Positions 20,212-30,714 are shown, numbered from the stretch's first letter. The stretch: DNA of 64,000 bases from Parcubacteria group bacterium (GCA_016181845.1 JACOYO010000002.1:20780-84779), one strand, 5' to 3'. A program made the numbers and translations. Notes: a model not told the origin generated them from the sequence alone.

Positions 20212-20679
20212 ATGAATAAAATGAAAGCAAAACACACAACCGCACATGTTCTAGAGACAGGGCTTGTAGCAGAAAAGTTCGCGAAAGACCTGTTAAAAAA
20301 AAGAACGCTAAAACACGCGGCTGTCATCGGATTGACCGGCGATCTCGGCGCTGGCAAGACGACATTCGTGAAAGCGTTTGCGAGAGGACTGGGAATCAAA
20401 GAAACGGTAGTGAGCCCGACGTTTGTTTTGGAACGAGTATATAAACTGCCGAAAACATCTCCTTTTTCTCACCTTGTGCACATTGACGCGTATCGGTTGA
20501 AAGGAGCAGGCGAACTATTGGGGCTTGGGTGGGACGCGCTTATCGCCAATCCCAAAAACCTTATTATGATTGAGTGGGCGGACAACGTGGCGCCAATACT
20601 CCCCCAAAAAACAATACATCTCTTTTTTTCGCATAAAGGCGGGGATAAAAGAAACATTGAAATAAAGATTCAAAAGTAG
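20212..20679 (+). CDS. tsaE: tRNA threonylcarbamoyladenosine biosynthesis ATPase TsaE
   Basis: GDLGAGKTTF, SPTF, HIDAYRL, IEWA; exact start uncertain. Confidence 0.95.
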   Translation: MNKMKAKHTTAHVLETGLVAEKFAKDLLKKRTLKHAAVIGLTGDLGAGKTTFVKAFARGLGIKETVVSPTFVLERVYKLPKTSPFSHLVHIDAYRLKGAGELLGLGWDALIANPKNLIMIEWADNVAPILPQKTIHLFFSHKGGDKRNIEIKIQK

Positions 20680-20710
20680 ATTTCTTGTATGATGGTAATG
20701 ATACATCGGT

Positions 20711-23074
20711 ATGGTTTCAGCACAAACAAAAAAAGATAAAAAAATACTCGTGCTCTTGGACGCGCACGCGATTATTCATCGCGCGTACCACGCATTGCCC
20801 GAATTTACCTCAAGCAAAGGCGAGCCCACCGGAGGGCTCTACGGCATCGCGACGATGCTCATGAAGATTATAAAAGAACTGAAGCCGGATTATCTTATCG
20901 CCTGTTACGACCTTCCCGTGCCGACGTTTAGAAAAGAAATGTACGAAGGGTATAAATCGGGACGACCGAAAGCGGATGAATCGCTCGTGCATCAGATAAA
21001 ACGCTCGCGCGATATTTTTTCGGCGTTTCATATTCCGATGTATGAAAAAGCGGGCTTTGAAGCGGATGATATTATCGGCACGATTGTAGAAAATCTCAAT
21101 TCTCAAAAAGAGCATCTCAAAATAATTATTGCGTCCGGAGATATGGACACCCTTCAGCTGATTTCTGATGATGACGTGGTTGTCTACACGCTCAAGAAAG
21201 GAATAAATGACACAATTCTCTACGATGAACAAGCGGTCAAAGAACGTTTCGGATTCGGTCCCGAACTCCTGCCCGATTTCAAAGGGCTTCGCGGCGACCC
21301 CTCTGACAATATTATCGGCATTGCGGGCATCGGAGAAAAAACCGCGACAACTCTCATTACCGAATTTGGCAGTATTGAGGAATTATATAAAAAATTAAAA
21401 AAGAAAGACGGCGAAAAACTATTTGAAAAAAAAGGCATTAAACCGCGCGTGTTAGGACTTCTGAAAGAAGGAGAAGACGAAGCGCTATTTTCAAAAACAC
21501 TTGCGGAAATCCGCCGTGACGCGCCGATAGATTTTGTGTTGCCGAAAAAAAGCTGGAAAGAGTCATTTGACGTATCTTTGGTTGAAAAATTGTTTCGCGA
21601 CCTTGAGTTTAGAAGTTTGGGAGCGCGGCTTCGCGAACTTGGCGGAGACGATTCGCCCAAAGAAGAAACGGCACAAGAAGAATCTCTTGACGCGCAAGAA
21701 TTAAAAAAAATAGCGCTGGCGCTCTGGCTTGTTGATTCTCATTACACGAATCCTTCCGCGGAAGACATTCTTGAGTTTGGCGAAACAAAATCTTTTGCTC
21801 AAGCTAAAGAAAAAATTTTTAATGAAATTAAAAAAAGAAACCTTGAAACGGTCTACCGTGATATTGAACTCCCGCTCCTGCCGGTGCTTGAAGCGGCGGG
21901 ACAACGCGGTATTTTGATTGACCAGCCCTACCTCAAAACACTATCTCAAACCTATCATGCCAAACTTGCTTCAATAGAAAAAAAGATTTACAAGCACGCC
22001 GGCATGACGTTTAATATAAATTCGCCGAAACAGTTGGGAGACGTTTTGTTTGACAAACTTCACTTGAGCGTCAAGGGACTTAAAAAAACAGGAGGAGGGG
22101 CTCGTTCCACGCGGGTGTCAGAACTTGAGAAACTGCAAGGAGAGCATCCGATTGTAGATGAAATTATAGAATACCGCGAATATCAAAAACTACTCTCCAC
22201 ATATATTGACGCTATTCCGCCGCTTATCGCAAAAGACGGGCGGCTTCATACCGATTTTATCCAGACGGGGACGACGACTGGACGCATTGCTTCTGCTAAT
22301 CCAAATTTACAAAACATTCCCATTAAAACCGAAAGCGGCAGAAATATACGCCGAGCGTTTATTGCTGAAGAAGGATTTACGCTGGTTTCGCTTGATTATT
22401 CGCAGATTGAATTGCGGGTCGCGGCGTTCCTTTCCGGCGATAAAAAAATGATAGATATTTTTCGGCGCGGTGAAGACATTCATGCCGCGGTCGCTTCAGA
22501 AGTATTTGGAGTGTCTCCAGATGCGGTGGACAAAGAGATGAGACGGCGGGCAAAAGTGATTAATTTTGGAATCCATTATGGCATGGGGGTAAACGCGCTT
22601 GCAAAAAACCTTGGCGCAAGCCGCGCCGAAGCGGAGATTTTTTATCACAATTATTTCAACAAATTCAGCGGGCTCGCAGCGTACCTTGAGAAAGTAAAAA
22701 AAGACGCGGCAAAAAATGGCTATACCGAAACCTACTTCGGCAGGCGGCGATATTTTCCGGAAATCAAATCACGTATTCCGTATATACAAAGCGGGGCGGA
22801 ACGAATGGCCATCAACGCGCCGATACAAGGCACGCAAGCAGATATTGTCAAAATCGCGATGGTGCGCGTCAATGAATATCTCAAAAAAGAAGCGCTTTTG
22901 GAAAAAGCGCGGCTCTTGCTTCAGATTCATGATGAGCTGGTGTACGAAATAAAAAATGAATGTGCCGACGATATCGCCCCGCGCGTCAAAGGACTTATGG
23001 AAAACGTAATTTCCGTATCGGTGCCGATTGTCGTCAACGTGGTGTCGGGAAAGACGTGGGGAGAGATGGAGTAA
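20711..23074 (+). CDS. polA: DNA polymerase I (5'-3' exonuclease + polymerase; 3'-5' exonuclease region largely absent)
   Basis: EADDIIGT, GDPSDNIIGI, NPNLQNIP, DYSQIELR, AINAPIQGT, QIHDEL; only 787 aa. Confidence 0.97.
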   Translation: MVSAQTKKDKKILVLLDAHAIIHRAYHALPEFTSSKGEPTGGLYGIATMLMKIIKELKPDYLIACYDLPVPTFRKEMYEGYKSGRPKADESLVHQIKRSRDIFSAFHIPMYEKAGFEADDIIGTIVENLNSQKEHLKIIIASGDMDTLQLISDDDVVVYTLKKGINDTILYDEQAVKERFGFGPELLPDFKGLRGDPSDNIIGIAGIGEKTATTLITEFGSIEELYKKLKKKDGEKLFEKKGIKPRVLGLLKEGEDEALFSKTLAEIRRDAPIDFVLPKKSWKESFDVSLVEKLFRDLEFRSLGARLRELGGDDSPKEETAQEESLDAQELKKIALALWLVDSHYTNPSAEDILEFGETKSFAQAKEKIFNEIKKRNLETVYRDIELPLLPVLEAAGQRGILIDQPYLKTLSQTYHAKLASIEKKIYKHAGMTFNINSPKQLGDVLFDKLHLSVKGLKKTGGGARSTRVSELEKLQGEHPIVDEIIEYREYQKLLSTYIDAIPPLIAKDGRLHTDFIQTGTTTGRIASANPNLQNIPIKTESGRNIRRAFIAEEGFTLVSLDYSQIELRVAAFLSGDKKMIDIFRRGEDIHAAVASEVFGVSPDAVDKEMRRRAKVINFGIHYGMGVNALAKNLGASRAEAEIFYHNYFNKFSGLAAYLEKVKKDAAKNGYTETYFGRRRYFPEIKSRIPYIQSGAERMAINAPIQGTQADIVKIAMVRVNEYLKKEALLEKARLLLQIHDELVYEIKNECADDIAPRVKGLMENVISVSVPIVVNVVSGKTWGEME

Positions 23075-23114
23075 AAGAAAACCCGCGGGGACAAAGTCCC
23101 AGCGGGCTGGCAAT

Positions 23115-24275
23115 CTAAGAAGGCAAAGAGGCGGTTATTGAAAGATTGGCCGCTTTCATGCTATCAATAATCTTCTCTGGCGTGAGCTTGAGGGTCTCGC
23201 TTGTAAAAAATTCCGGCATCATAAAACCGGAAATCGGCGTGTGAGAAGCGTACTCAAGCGCAAGAGAAATAATAAGCGCCGCGGAGGTTGCCGTCGCTTT
23301 TTGCATGGCGGCGGTTGTTTTTTGGTCGCCGTGTTCTGTCCACTCTACGCACCCGACACGGTGTCCATTCTTAAACAAACGTATTTCAAGAATTGTGGTA
23401 TCTTCCTCCGCAAAAGGAATCGTTTTTGCCAGCCGTTTGGCGGTTATCGGGAATGCTTCGTTGTCCAACAAACCTTTTTCTGAAAGAAAATTTACTATGT
23501 GCCAATGCCCGTAATAACGCACCGTGCGTATCTCGCAGGTTTTAATGCGTGGCAGAGTTTCTGAAATTTTTCGCATTACCTCCTCGTTTCCGCAATTGGT
23601 AAAAAAAGTATCATAAGACCGTAAACCAATAAATGTGTTCACATATCCGTCAAGCGCTTGTTTGGTAACCAAAACGCCGTTTTGAATAGCAAACACGTTC
23701 CCACGATACGTCTCAAGCGTACTCTCCGGATTGAATGTCCATTCGTGGACGAATGAATTTTCCGGTTTTTCTTTGGTGATGCCGCCGACGTACACCTTGA
23801 TTTCATCACAATTAATATGGCGCGCGCACGAGAGAAGCAGGATGTTGAGCATGCCAGGGTCAAAACCGCAAAACGGCATAAGAATTTTGCCGTTTTTCTT
23901 GAATTTTTCGTCAAGCGCTTTTTGGCGAATGAGACATTCGTTAGAAGCCCCGAGGTCAAAATAGTCGCATTTGCCGTAGCTGGCCGCCGCCTCGGCAACT
24001 TGGTATTGCAAAAATGACGGCACTGCACCGACGCACACATCAACCGCGTATTTTTCCAACGCCTCTTGTATTTCCGCCGTGCTTTTAGCGTAGGGATGGT
24101 ATATCTCATGCGGATTTTTCCACCCGCTGTCAAAAAAAGCAAATTGTTCTTCGGAGATTTCTTCTTTGGTTTAGTCAATAATGACCAGCCGTTCAAAATC
24201 TCCATAGTGTTTGCGCGGTATGTGCTTCCCCACGCTTCCCAAACCACCGACTATAGCGAGCGTCTTTTTTTTCAT
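23115..24275 (-). pseudogene. saccharopine dehydrogenase-like oxidoreductase interrupted by an in-frame TAA
   Basis: ATG 24275 gives MKKKTLAIVGGLGSVG (Rossmann motif); TAA at 24171-24173; same frame continues into CGFDPG, VYVGG, TVRYYGH, AMQKAT. Confidence 0.75.
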
Positions 24276-24385
24276 GTTTCCTCCATTGTGTTTGCAAACA
24301 ACTCTTGTGGAAAATCTTTCTTTGCAATAAGTTACGCCCCTGTCAATCTATTGTCAAACGGCAAGCGGGATATAATGAGAGCAAT

Positions 24386-25117
24386 ATGATACAGGTTTTT
24401 TATGGGAATGATACGGACTGCGTGTTGAAAAAAACAAAAGAAGCCATAAAAATGTTTCAATCAAAAGAATCGGACGCCGCGCTGGTCGTATTTGAAGACG
24501 ACAGCTTTGACGAGGCGCGACTTGAAGAGCTGGCGTCAGGAGGGCAGGGGCTTTTTGCGCCGCGATTCATCGCGCTCTTTCGTCGCGTGTTTGAAAACGG
24601 GGAAGCAAAAGAAGCGATTCTCGCGCGGCTCTGCGATTTAGAAACGTCGCCGCACTTTTTTATTTTCTCCGAAAAAAAACTTGACGCGGCAACAATCGCG
24701 GCGTTCAAAAAAAAGACAAATGTCGAAATAAAAGAGTTTCGTATGAAAAGCGCTGTGGCTGGCGAAAAATCTTTCGCGTCATTCGCGCTTGCCGACGCTT
24801 TGGGGAAACGAGACAAAAAAAGAGCGTGGGCGGTTTTCCATCGGGAATTGGCAAAGGGGAGTAGCGTGGAAAGTCTTCACGGCATGCTTTTTTGGCAAAT
24901 TAAAAATATGCTTTTGGCAAGCAAGTGCCCACAGGCAGAATGCGCGCGTATCGGCATGAAACCGTTTGTGTTTGATAAAGCGCGCGCGGCGGCCAAAAAT
25001 TTTTCAAAAAAGGAATTGCTCGGATTGTCTTCTTCTTTGGTCGCGCTCTATCATCGCGCGCATGAGGGGAATCATGAGTTGGAGACGGCGGTTGAGCATC
25101 TGATTTTAAATACGTGA
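24386..25117 (+). CDS. holA: DNA polymerase III delta subunit-like (short)
   Basis: MIQVFYGND, QGLFA, FALADALGKRDKK, MKPFVFDKA. Confidence 0.75.
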   Translation: MIQVFYGNDTDCVLKKTKEAIKMFQSKESDAALVVFEDDSFDEARLEELASGGQGLFAPRFIALFRRVFENGEAKEAILARLCDLETSPHFFIFSEKKLDAATIAAFKKKTNVEIKEFRMKSAVAGEKSFASFALADALGKRDKKRAWAVFHRELAKGSSVESLHGMLFWQIKNMLLASKCPQAECARIGMKPFVFDKARAAAKNFSKKELLGLSSSLVALYHRAHEGNHELETAVEHLILNT

Positions 25118-25135
25118 CAACAAAAACCCCGCAGG

Positions 25136-25741
25136 TCATACCTGCGGGGAGTTCAAAAATGTTTGCACCATCTCTTGAAATACTAGAGACGGTTTTTTAT
25201 CGTTCGGGTTTTCAATCGTAATCAGCCCGAGCTCTTCGCGCGTCTTTTCCTGAAGAGGAATGAGCAGCAAGCGCGTTTCAATGGACCGCGTTGAGTCTCC
25301 ACGTCTCTGCATTCTTTCCTTCAAATCTTTTTCCGGCGCGGAGATATAAAACGACTCAATTTGTTTTTCCGGAACTCCTCCAAGCGCTTTGATTTGCTCT
25401 CTCAATGTGGCGACCATATCGGGAACAAGTATCATCACGGAAATTTTATTTGACAACAGACCATTTTCTAACGATTTTTTGAGAGTGCCATAATACTCTC
25501 CGTCATATTGAATATGCCACGCAAAATGACCTTTCTCTACCATCTGTATAAACGTGTTTCCTGAAACAAAAACGTATTCGCTTTGTTGTCCGTTCTCGCC
25601 ACCTCTTTTTTTGCGAGTCGTGTAACTTTCTATGATCTGGTATTTCCGAGGGAAAGCAAGAAACATCTCTTTCAGTCTTGTTTTGCCAGCGCCAGATGGG
25701 CCAGACAACGTAACAATTTTTATGTCTTTTTTATGATTCAT
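25136..25741 (-). CDS. gmk: guanylate kinase-like protein
   Basis: GPSGAGKT, SYTTRKKRGGE, YVFVS, YYGT, RMQRRGD. Confidence 0.85.
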   Translation of the reverse strand: MNHKKDIKIVTLSGPSGAGKTRLKEMFLAFPRKYQIIESYTTRKKRGGENGQQSEYVFVSGNTFIQMVEKGHFAWHIQYDGEYYGTLKKSLENGLLSNKISVMILVPDMVATLREQIKALGGVPEKQIESFYISAPEKDLKERMQRRGDSTRSIETRLLLIPLQEKTREELGLITIENPNDKKPSLVFQEMVQTFLNSPQV

Positions 25742-26206
25742 TCGTTCAGCCCTCCTCTGCCGGTTTATGACAAAATTTTTCTGATATTAAATATACTCCT
25801 TTCTGTAAATAAAAGCACCTTGTCTTGTGTTAGCTTCTCGGCTCGGAAAAGAAAAAGAGCGCTTTTTCTCTTCACTCGCTCTACGTCGCTAATAAAAAAA
25901 GTCCCCATTGGTAGGAGGACCAACGAGGACTTGGTTGAGCAAATAAAAGAGTTTTTTGCTCGAAAAATAAAAGGAGATAGAGAGATAGAGGAGAACAGGA
26001 TGTGAAAGAACAGAAACAAATAATAATTTCAAATAACTAATTGAAGACTTTTGTAAATATAATCAACGATACGATGCCCTGTAAATCAGGCTCTTTGTTG
26101 ATTTGCAAAAATCTTCGCTTACCTGTAATTATTATACTGATTTTTGCAAAGCCTGTACAATGGGCGGTTGTGGATAACCTTTTGGTTGGGAAAGTGTCTT
26201 TTTCGA

Positions 26207-26497
26207 CTATTTTTCAAAAAGATTTTTTGCCGTTGAGGCGGCGAGATTGCCATAAGCGGCTTCTCTTTCTTCCGGTTTTGATGAGAGGGTTGCTTCGATA
26301 GTGTTGATTCGAGCCCGCAAAGAAGCAATAAATTCTTTATCGTTTTGCAGTTCCTCTAATTTTTTTATCGCTTCGCTTTTCTTGTCTTTGGAAAAAGAAG
26401 AACTTTCAATTTCAGAGATAATCTGCTCAAACATACTTTCGGGGATTCCACCATCGTGGCGCTCGTGTGTTGAAGAAGAAAAAGATTCAAATGGCAT
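26207..26497 (-). CDS. hypothetical protein
   Basis: 96-aa ORF with helical charged composition. Confidence 0.5.
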   Translation of the reverse strand: MPFESFSSSTHERHDGGIPESMFEQIISEIESSSFSKDKKSEAIKKLEELQNDKEFIASLRARINTIEATLSSKPEEREAAYGNLAASTAKNLFEK

Positions 26498-26523
26498 AAA
26501 ATCGGGTTAATTGATAATAGAGG

Positions 26524-26656
26524 CGGCAGGGATCTTTCCTTACAGGAACGGTATAGTCTTCGTATCCGCCCTGGGCGGATATACTCAGACTTTTCGATCC
26601 CTGCACGCGAGCAAAATTGTTTGCTCGCTCGGGCGGATTCTCCGCTTTGCTCCGAA
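26524..26656 (-). repeat. structured element downstream of tRNA-Lys with antisense T-arm copy and terminal direct repeat
   Basis: Inverted copy of the T-arm at 26593-26604 and of the acceptor strand at 26630-26640; direct repeat CGGCAGGGATC at 26524-26534 vs 26663-26673. Confidence 0.65.
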
Positions 26657-26729
26657 TCCGCCCGGCAGGGATCGAACCTGCGACCGTCAGCTTAAAAGGC
26701 TGCTGCTCTACCAACTGAGCTACGGGCGG
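26657..26729 (-). tRNA. tRNA-Lys(TTT)
   Basis: CCGCCCG TA GCTC AGTTGGTA GAGC ... anticodon loop CTTTTAA ... GCAGG TTCGATC CCTGC CGGGCGG A; no encoded CCA. Confidence 0.93.
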
Positions 26730-26965
26730 ATGTAACTTTTATTTTTTGAAGAAACTTAATGTCCCCAGTCTCTCTTTTGATTTCTACCAAAACAGCTACG
26801 GACGGATGTAATTTTTTGTTCAAACGTGCCGTAAAGAAATACAAAAGTTTTTTCAAAAAGTTCTCGGATCTCCTCGCCTTGCTCGGCCAGACTTTTAGAA
26901 AAGACTTTTGTATTTCTCACGGCCTCCTTGCATAACTTCGTAAAATGTAGCATACAATTGATATA

Positions 26966-27472
26966 ATGCCAAACGGTAAAAATGAAATTGTCTTGATTTT
27001 GCACGACATACGCAGTGTGGAAAACGTCGGCTCTATTTTTCGCACGGCCGATGCCGCGGGCGTGTCAAAAATATATCTTGCGGGGTATACACCAGCGCCG
27101 CTTGACCGATTCGGTCGCAAGCGGCGCGACATGGCAAAAGTTTCGCTTGGCGCGGAAGAAACTGTTTTGTGGGAACAGTCGGCGGATATTTTTTCTCTCA
27201 TAAAACATCTTAAAGAAGAAGGATACGCAGTCGTCGCGGTTGAGCAAGACGCTCGCGCTGTTTCATGCGGCAAAATTTCTCAACAAGAAAAAATTGTCTT
27301 TGTGTTTGGGAACGAGGTGGGTGGGCTGCCGCAAGATGTATTAAAACAATGCAATATTGTTGCAGAAATCCCGATGTTTGGCAAAAAAGAATCGCTCAAT
27401 GTCGCTATCGCGGCGGGGATTATGCTTTTTCTGTACAAAGACCGTGAATTACGAAACTCTTCTTCGTCATGA
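26966..27472 (+). CDS. SpoU/TrmH family RNA methyltransferase
   Basis: ENVGSIFRTADAAG, FGNEVGGL, EIPMFGKKESLNVAIA. Confidence 0.93.
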   Translation: MPNGKNEIVLILHDIRSVENVGSIFRTADAAGVSKIYLAGYTPAPLDRFGRKRRDMAKVSLGAEETVLWEQSADIFSLIKHLKEEGYAVVAVEQDARAVSCGKISQQEKIVFVFGNEVGGLPQDVLKQCNIVAEIPMFGKKESLNVAIAAGIMLFLYKDRELRNSSSS

Positions 27473-27594
27473 GTTTTTGATAGATGCGCATAATCCTGCT
27501 TGCGAGCAAAATTTGCTATGCTCCCCCGACGATACTGTCGGGGTCCGCAATGTCTCTCAAAAACTATGATTTCAGAGAGTTTTGTAATTTAAGG
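27444..27594. repeat. family B element (degenerate right end) overlapping the methyltransferase stop codon
   Basis: TGAATTACGAAACTCTTCTTCGTCATGAG ... internal hairpins ... GAGAGTTTTGTAATTTAAGG. Confidence 0.6.
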
Positions 27595-27596
27595 TT

Positions 27597-28481
27597 TTAA
27601 TACGTCATCAAGTCTACCAATTTGCCGCCGTGGTCTATCAGACGCACCGATTCTTTGGTGTTATTCAAAAATTCGCTTGATTGTTTGAGAAAAAGCCGCC
27701 ATTCTGGTTTGTAAAATGTGGAATCGTTTTTGTGCGTGTCAACACATGAGTTGTAATTTATTTGTGAATTGATGAAGGACATGCACGAAGAGGAAAGATT
27801 GCCCGGCAACGAACCCGTGTTTGCAGTACAGCGTGGGGTGCGATTGATGTAATCAACGCATGTTTGGTCAAGATTTAAGGCGCTTGTATCAATACCATCA
27901 AGGGGAGACGGGCACGAGAGCGAGAGCGGCGGAGAAAAATTTTGGAATTGCTCAAGATAACCGCTGCAGGAATTCACCCGAAAAGAAACGCCGATTGGAG
28001 AGCGTCCGGTAACCAAGTAGGCCGACTCGTTCGCGCCTAGAAAAAGAGGATTTTCTTGATTGATGCGCGAAAGATAAGGGAGAGGAGAGGCGTTGCCGAT
28101 TTGTATTTTATTGCCAGCCGCGTTTTGGAGCGTCCAGCCGGTCACAAACACCGGTTTTTCATTTCGCCCGCTCGCTTTTATTTCAATATATTCCTTATCA
28201 GGAATTTCCTCCTTTCCTTTATTTATGTTCCGCAAAAATATCTGGTCTTTGAAGAAAGATAAATCAAGCTGGCTCAAACGCGATATATCGTTTTGGGCAG
28301 AAGAAAAAGAACCGTAGGTTTCTCCGCTATCAAGCGGCGCCGGTGGTTTTATAAAAAGCCCGCCTTGTGAAGACTGGCGCGCCGGCCCGCCGGTAAAAAA
28401 CCACACGAACCACAAAAGTATCATGATGGCGGCAATCCACTTCACGTCATCAAGAGGGTCTCTCATTATTGGTTCTTTCAT
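27597..28481 (-). CDS. membrane-anchored lamin-tail-domain-like, Cys-rich protein
   Basis: N-terminal TM; EYIEI....VFVTGWTL and LNNTKESVRLID..GKLVD resemble an LTD fold. Confidence 0.65.
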   Translation of the reverse strand: MKEPIMRDPLDDVKWIAAIMILLWFVWFFTGGPARQSSQGGLFIKPPAPLDSGETYGSFSSAQNDISRLSQLDLSFFKDQIFLRNINKGKEEIPDKEYIEIKASGRNEKPVFVTGWTLQNAAGNKIQIGNASPLPYLSRINQENPLFLGANESAYLVTGRSPIGVSFRVNSCSGYLEQFQNFSPPLSLSCPSPLDGIDTSALNLDQTCVDYINRTPRCTANTGSLPGNLSSSCMSFINSQINYNSCVDTHKNDSTFYKPEWRLFLKQSSEFLNNTKESVRLIDHGGKLVDLMTY

Positions 28482-28485
28482 TGTA

Positions 28486-29766
28486 TTACAGTGTAGCGTG
28501 TTTTATACGCGATGTTAATTCTTCCTCAACGATCGCCGCGTCGTTCCACGGCTCTTTGACTCCGTTTGCTCGCATGATGAACGGGTCGGTCCCTTTGCCG
28601 GTGATGATAACCGTATCGCCGGTTTTCGCGAGAGAGATAGCGTGGCGAATCGCTTCCCGTCGGTTTGCTATTTTTTTTACAATCGGGCGTGAGATGCCAT
28701 TTGCGATTTCGTCAATGATTGCTTCCGGGGCATCATCATACGGGTCTTCATCGGTGAGAATAATCTCCGAACAATGCGCGTTTGCGATTTGACCCAACAC
28801 CGGACGTTTCCACGAATCGCGCCCGCCTCCCGCGGCGCCAAGCACGCAAATTTTTCGCGAGAGCCCGTATGTCTCGTATACTTTTTCAAGCGAGTCGGGC
28901 GTGTGCGCGTAATCAACAATGACGGTGAAATCTTGTCCGGCTTCTATTTTTTGCATTCTTCCAGGGACGCCGATGAAGCGCTCCAGCGCGCGTTTAATAA
29001 TGGGAATTCCGATGTTTTGGCTATCCGCAAAGGTCGCGGCGGCAAGCAGGTTGTAGAGGTTGAATTCTCCGGAAAGTTTTGTTGTTATGTTTTCACCCTT
29101 AAACACAAAGACGACACCTTCTTTTTTAAGAGTGTACGGTTTCACATCAGCAATGGAATAGGGTATTGATTCGGTTATTCCACGCACGGAAAGAAAACGT
29201 CCGCCCTCTTCGTCATCTTTGTTCGCGATAATTATTTTTTTCCGCTTGCTTGATATGGCGACCGCGCGGGCGATTGAAAGTTTCGCGTCGCGGTACGCTT
29301 CATACGAGCCGTGCGATTCAATATGCTCGGGTGAAAGATTGGTAAAGAGAAGCGCGTCAAAATCAATAAATCGGTGGCGAAACTGCCGCGCTCCTTCCGA
29401 TGTCGTTTCAACAATCGCGTAGTCGCATTTTTCTTTTACCGCCCCGCGAAGAAATCGCTGTATAAAAAACCGCCCGGGTGAAGTCATTTTTCGCAAATTG
29501 CGTTCTTCTGTGCCGCCTATTTTGAAACGAAGAGTGGAAGAAAGAGCGGTGCGGTATCCCGCCTCTTCCAAAATCGCGTTCAAAAGCTCAATGGTCGTTG
29601 TTTTCCCTTTGGTGCCAGTGACGGCGAGGACAAATATTTTTTTTGACGGAAACCGGTACCAAAGCGCGGCAAAAAACGCCAACAGATAATGATAGACTGG
29701 CTGTGCCACGCGAAACAATTTTATGGGGATTATTTTTCTCCAAAAGGAGAGTATTTTTTCAAGCAT
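28486..29766 (-). CDS. murE: Mur ligase, MurE type
   Basis: VTGTKGKTTT, FTNLSPEHIESH, VPGRMQ, VDYAHTPDSL, GKG. Confidence 0.9.
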   Translation of the reverse strand: MLEKILSFWRKIIPIKLFRVAQPVYHYLLAFFAALWYRFPSKKIFVLAVTGTKGKTTTIELLNAILEEAGYRTALSSTLRFKIGGTEERNLRKMTSPGRFFIQRFLRGAVKEKCDYAIVETTSEGARQFRHRFIDFDALLFTNLSPEHIESHGSYEAYRDAKLSIARAVAISSKRKKIIIANKDDEEGGRFLSVRGITESIPYSIADVKPYTLKKEGVVFVFKGENITTKLSGEFNLYNLLAAATFADSQNIGIPIIKRALERFIGVPGRMQKIEAGQDFTVIVDYAHTPDSLEKVYETYGLSRKICVLGAAGGGRDSWKRPVLGQIANAHCSEIILTDEDPYDDAPEAIIDEIANGISRPIVKKIANRREAIRHAISLAKTGDTVIITGKGTDPFIMRANGVKEPWNDAAIVEEELTSRIKHATL

Positions 29767-29770
29767 GGGG

Positions 29771-30349
29771 TTATTTTCCGAGCATTTTTAATGCGGCTTT
29801 GATTTTTTCTTGCGCGGTGCCGTCGGAATGTTTTTCATTCACTCGTTTAAGTGTTTCGCGCGCTTCCCTGATTGAGTATCCGAGTGTCTCAAGAGCTTCA
29901 AGCGTTTCAATATCTTCTTTCCGGAGATTGTCATCCTGAATTCCTCCGTCGCCACCCAGTTTGTTTTGCAGTTCCAAGATAATCTTGTGCGCGTTTTTTT
30001 TGCCGATGCCGGATACGTCGGTGAGATATGAAGAATCACCGGAAGCGATGGCTTTTTTGAGCGTGTCTGTCGGCGCGATTTCCATGATACCAAGCGCGGT
30101 TTTCGGTCCGATGCCGGAAACTGTAATCAAAAGTTCAAAAAATTCAAGTTCGGCTCGTGTCAGAAAACCGTAGAGGTCTAGCGCGTTTTCTCTGACCGCC
30201 AAATGAGTCCAAAAAGATACACGGGCTTTCTTTAAGTCAGCTCGAATCGCCGTCATCGCGGTGAAAATTTTGTATCCGACACCGCCGACACCAAGAATAA
30301 CAAACCGGTTGCCAGAAAAAATAATATCACCCGTGAGATGTGAAATCAT
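29771..30349 (-). CDS. ruvA: Holliday junction DNA-binding protein RuvA
   Basis: GVGY, VRENALDLYGF, VSGIGPKTAL, GIGKKNA, ALETLGY. Confidence 0.96.
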   Translation of the reverse strand: MISHLTGDIIFSGNRFVILGVGGVGYKIFTAMTAIRADLKKARVSFWTHLAVRENALDLYGFLTRAELEFFELLITVSGIGPKTALGIMEIAPTDTLKKAIASGDSSYLTDVSGIGKKNAHKIILELQNKLGGDGGIQDDNLRKEDIETLEALETLGYSIREARETLKRVNEKHSDGTAQEKIKAALKMLGK

Positions 30350-30450
30350 ATACCTATATGGTACACGACCTTGTCTTTGAAAACAAAAATTTGCGTTTAT
30401 GGCTCTTTTTTGGTATAAAGCAAGGTATTCAATAATCATAGAATATAGAT

Positions 30451-30714
30451 ATGCCCATCACCGCATCAGCAAAAAAAGCGCTCCGCAGTTCGGCTCGCAA
30501 AAAAGTGTTTAACGACCGCCGCAAACGCACCGCAAAAGAAGCCGTAAAAAATCTGGAACAGTTTTTTGTTTCAAAAAACAAGAAAGAAGCAGAAGCTCTG
30601 TTGCCGCAAGCGTATCAGGCGATTGACAAAGCCGCCAAACGCGGGGTGATAAAGAAAAATACCGCCGCGCGAAAAAAATCGCGCCTTGCTCGGCGTATTT
30701 CAAAACTTGCGTAA
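30451..30714 (+). CDS. rpsT: 30S ribosomal protein S20
   Basis: SAKKALR..IDKAAKRGVIKKNTAARKKSRL. Confidence 0.97.
   Translation: MPITASAKKALRSSARKKVFNDRRKRTAKEAVKNLEQFFVSKNKKEAEALLPQAYQAIDKAAKRGVIKKNTAARKKSRLARRISKLA

Noticed and set aside
23639-24247. 202-aa alternative-frame ORF suggesting a frameshift in the dehydrogenase
   Set aside because: The real N-terminus is in the same frame as the body; the defect is a nonsense codon, not a frameshift
25745-26200. Possible structured RNA or ORFs upstream of gmk
   Set aside because: Only weak hairpins and low-complexity ORFs; no convincing pattern
26505-26580. Minus-strand stretch GAAGAC..TACCG..GGAAAGATCCC faintly resembling the 23S rRNA domain V region
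   Set aside because: Similarity is short and patchy; it is better explained as part of the tRNA-Lys trailer containing the T-arm direct repeat
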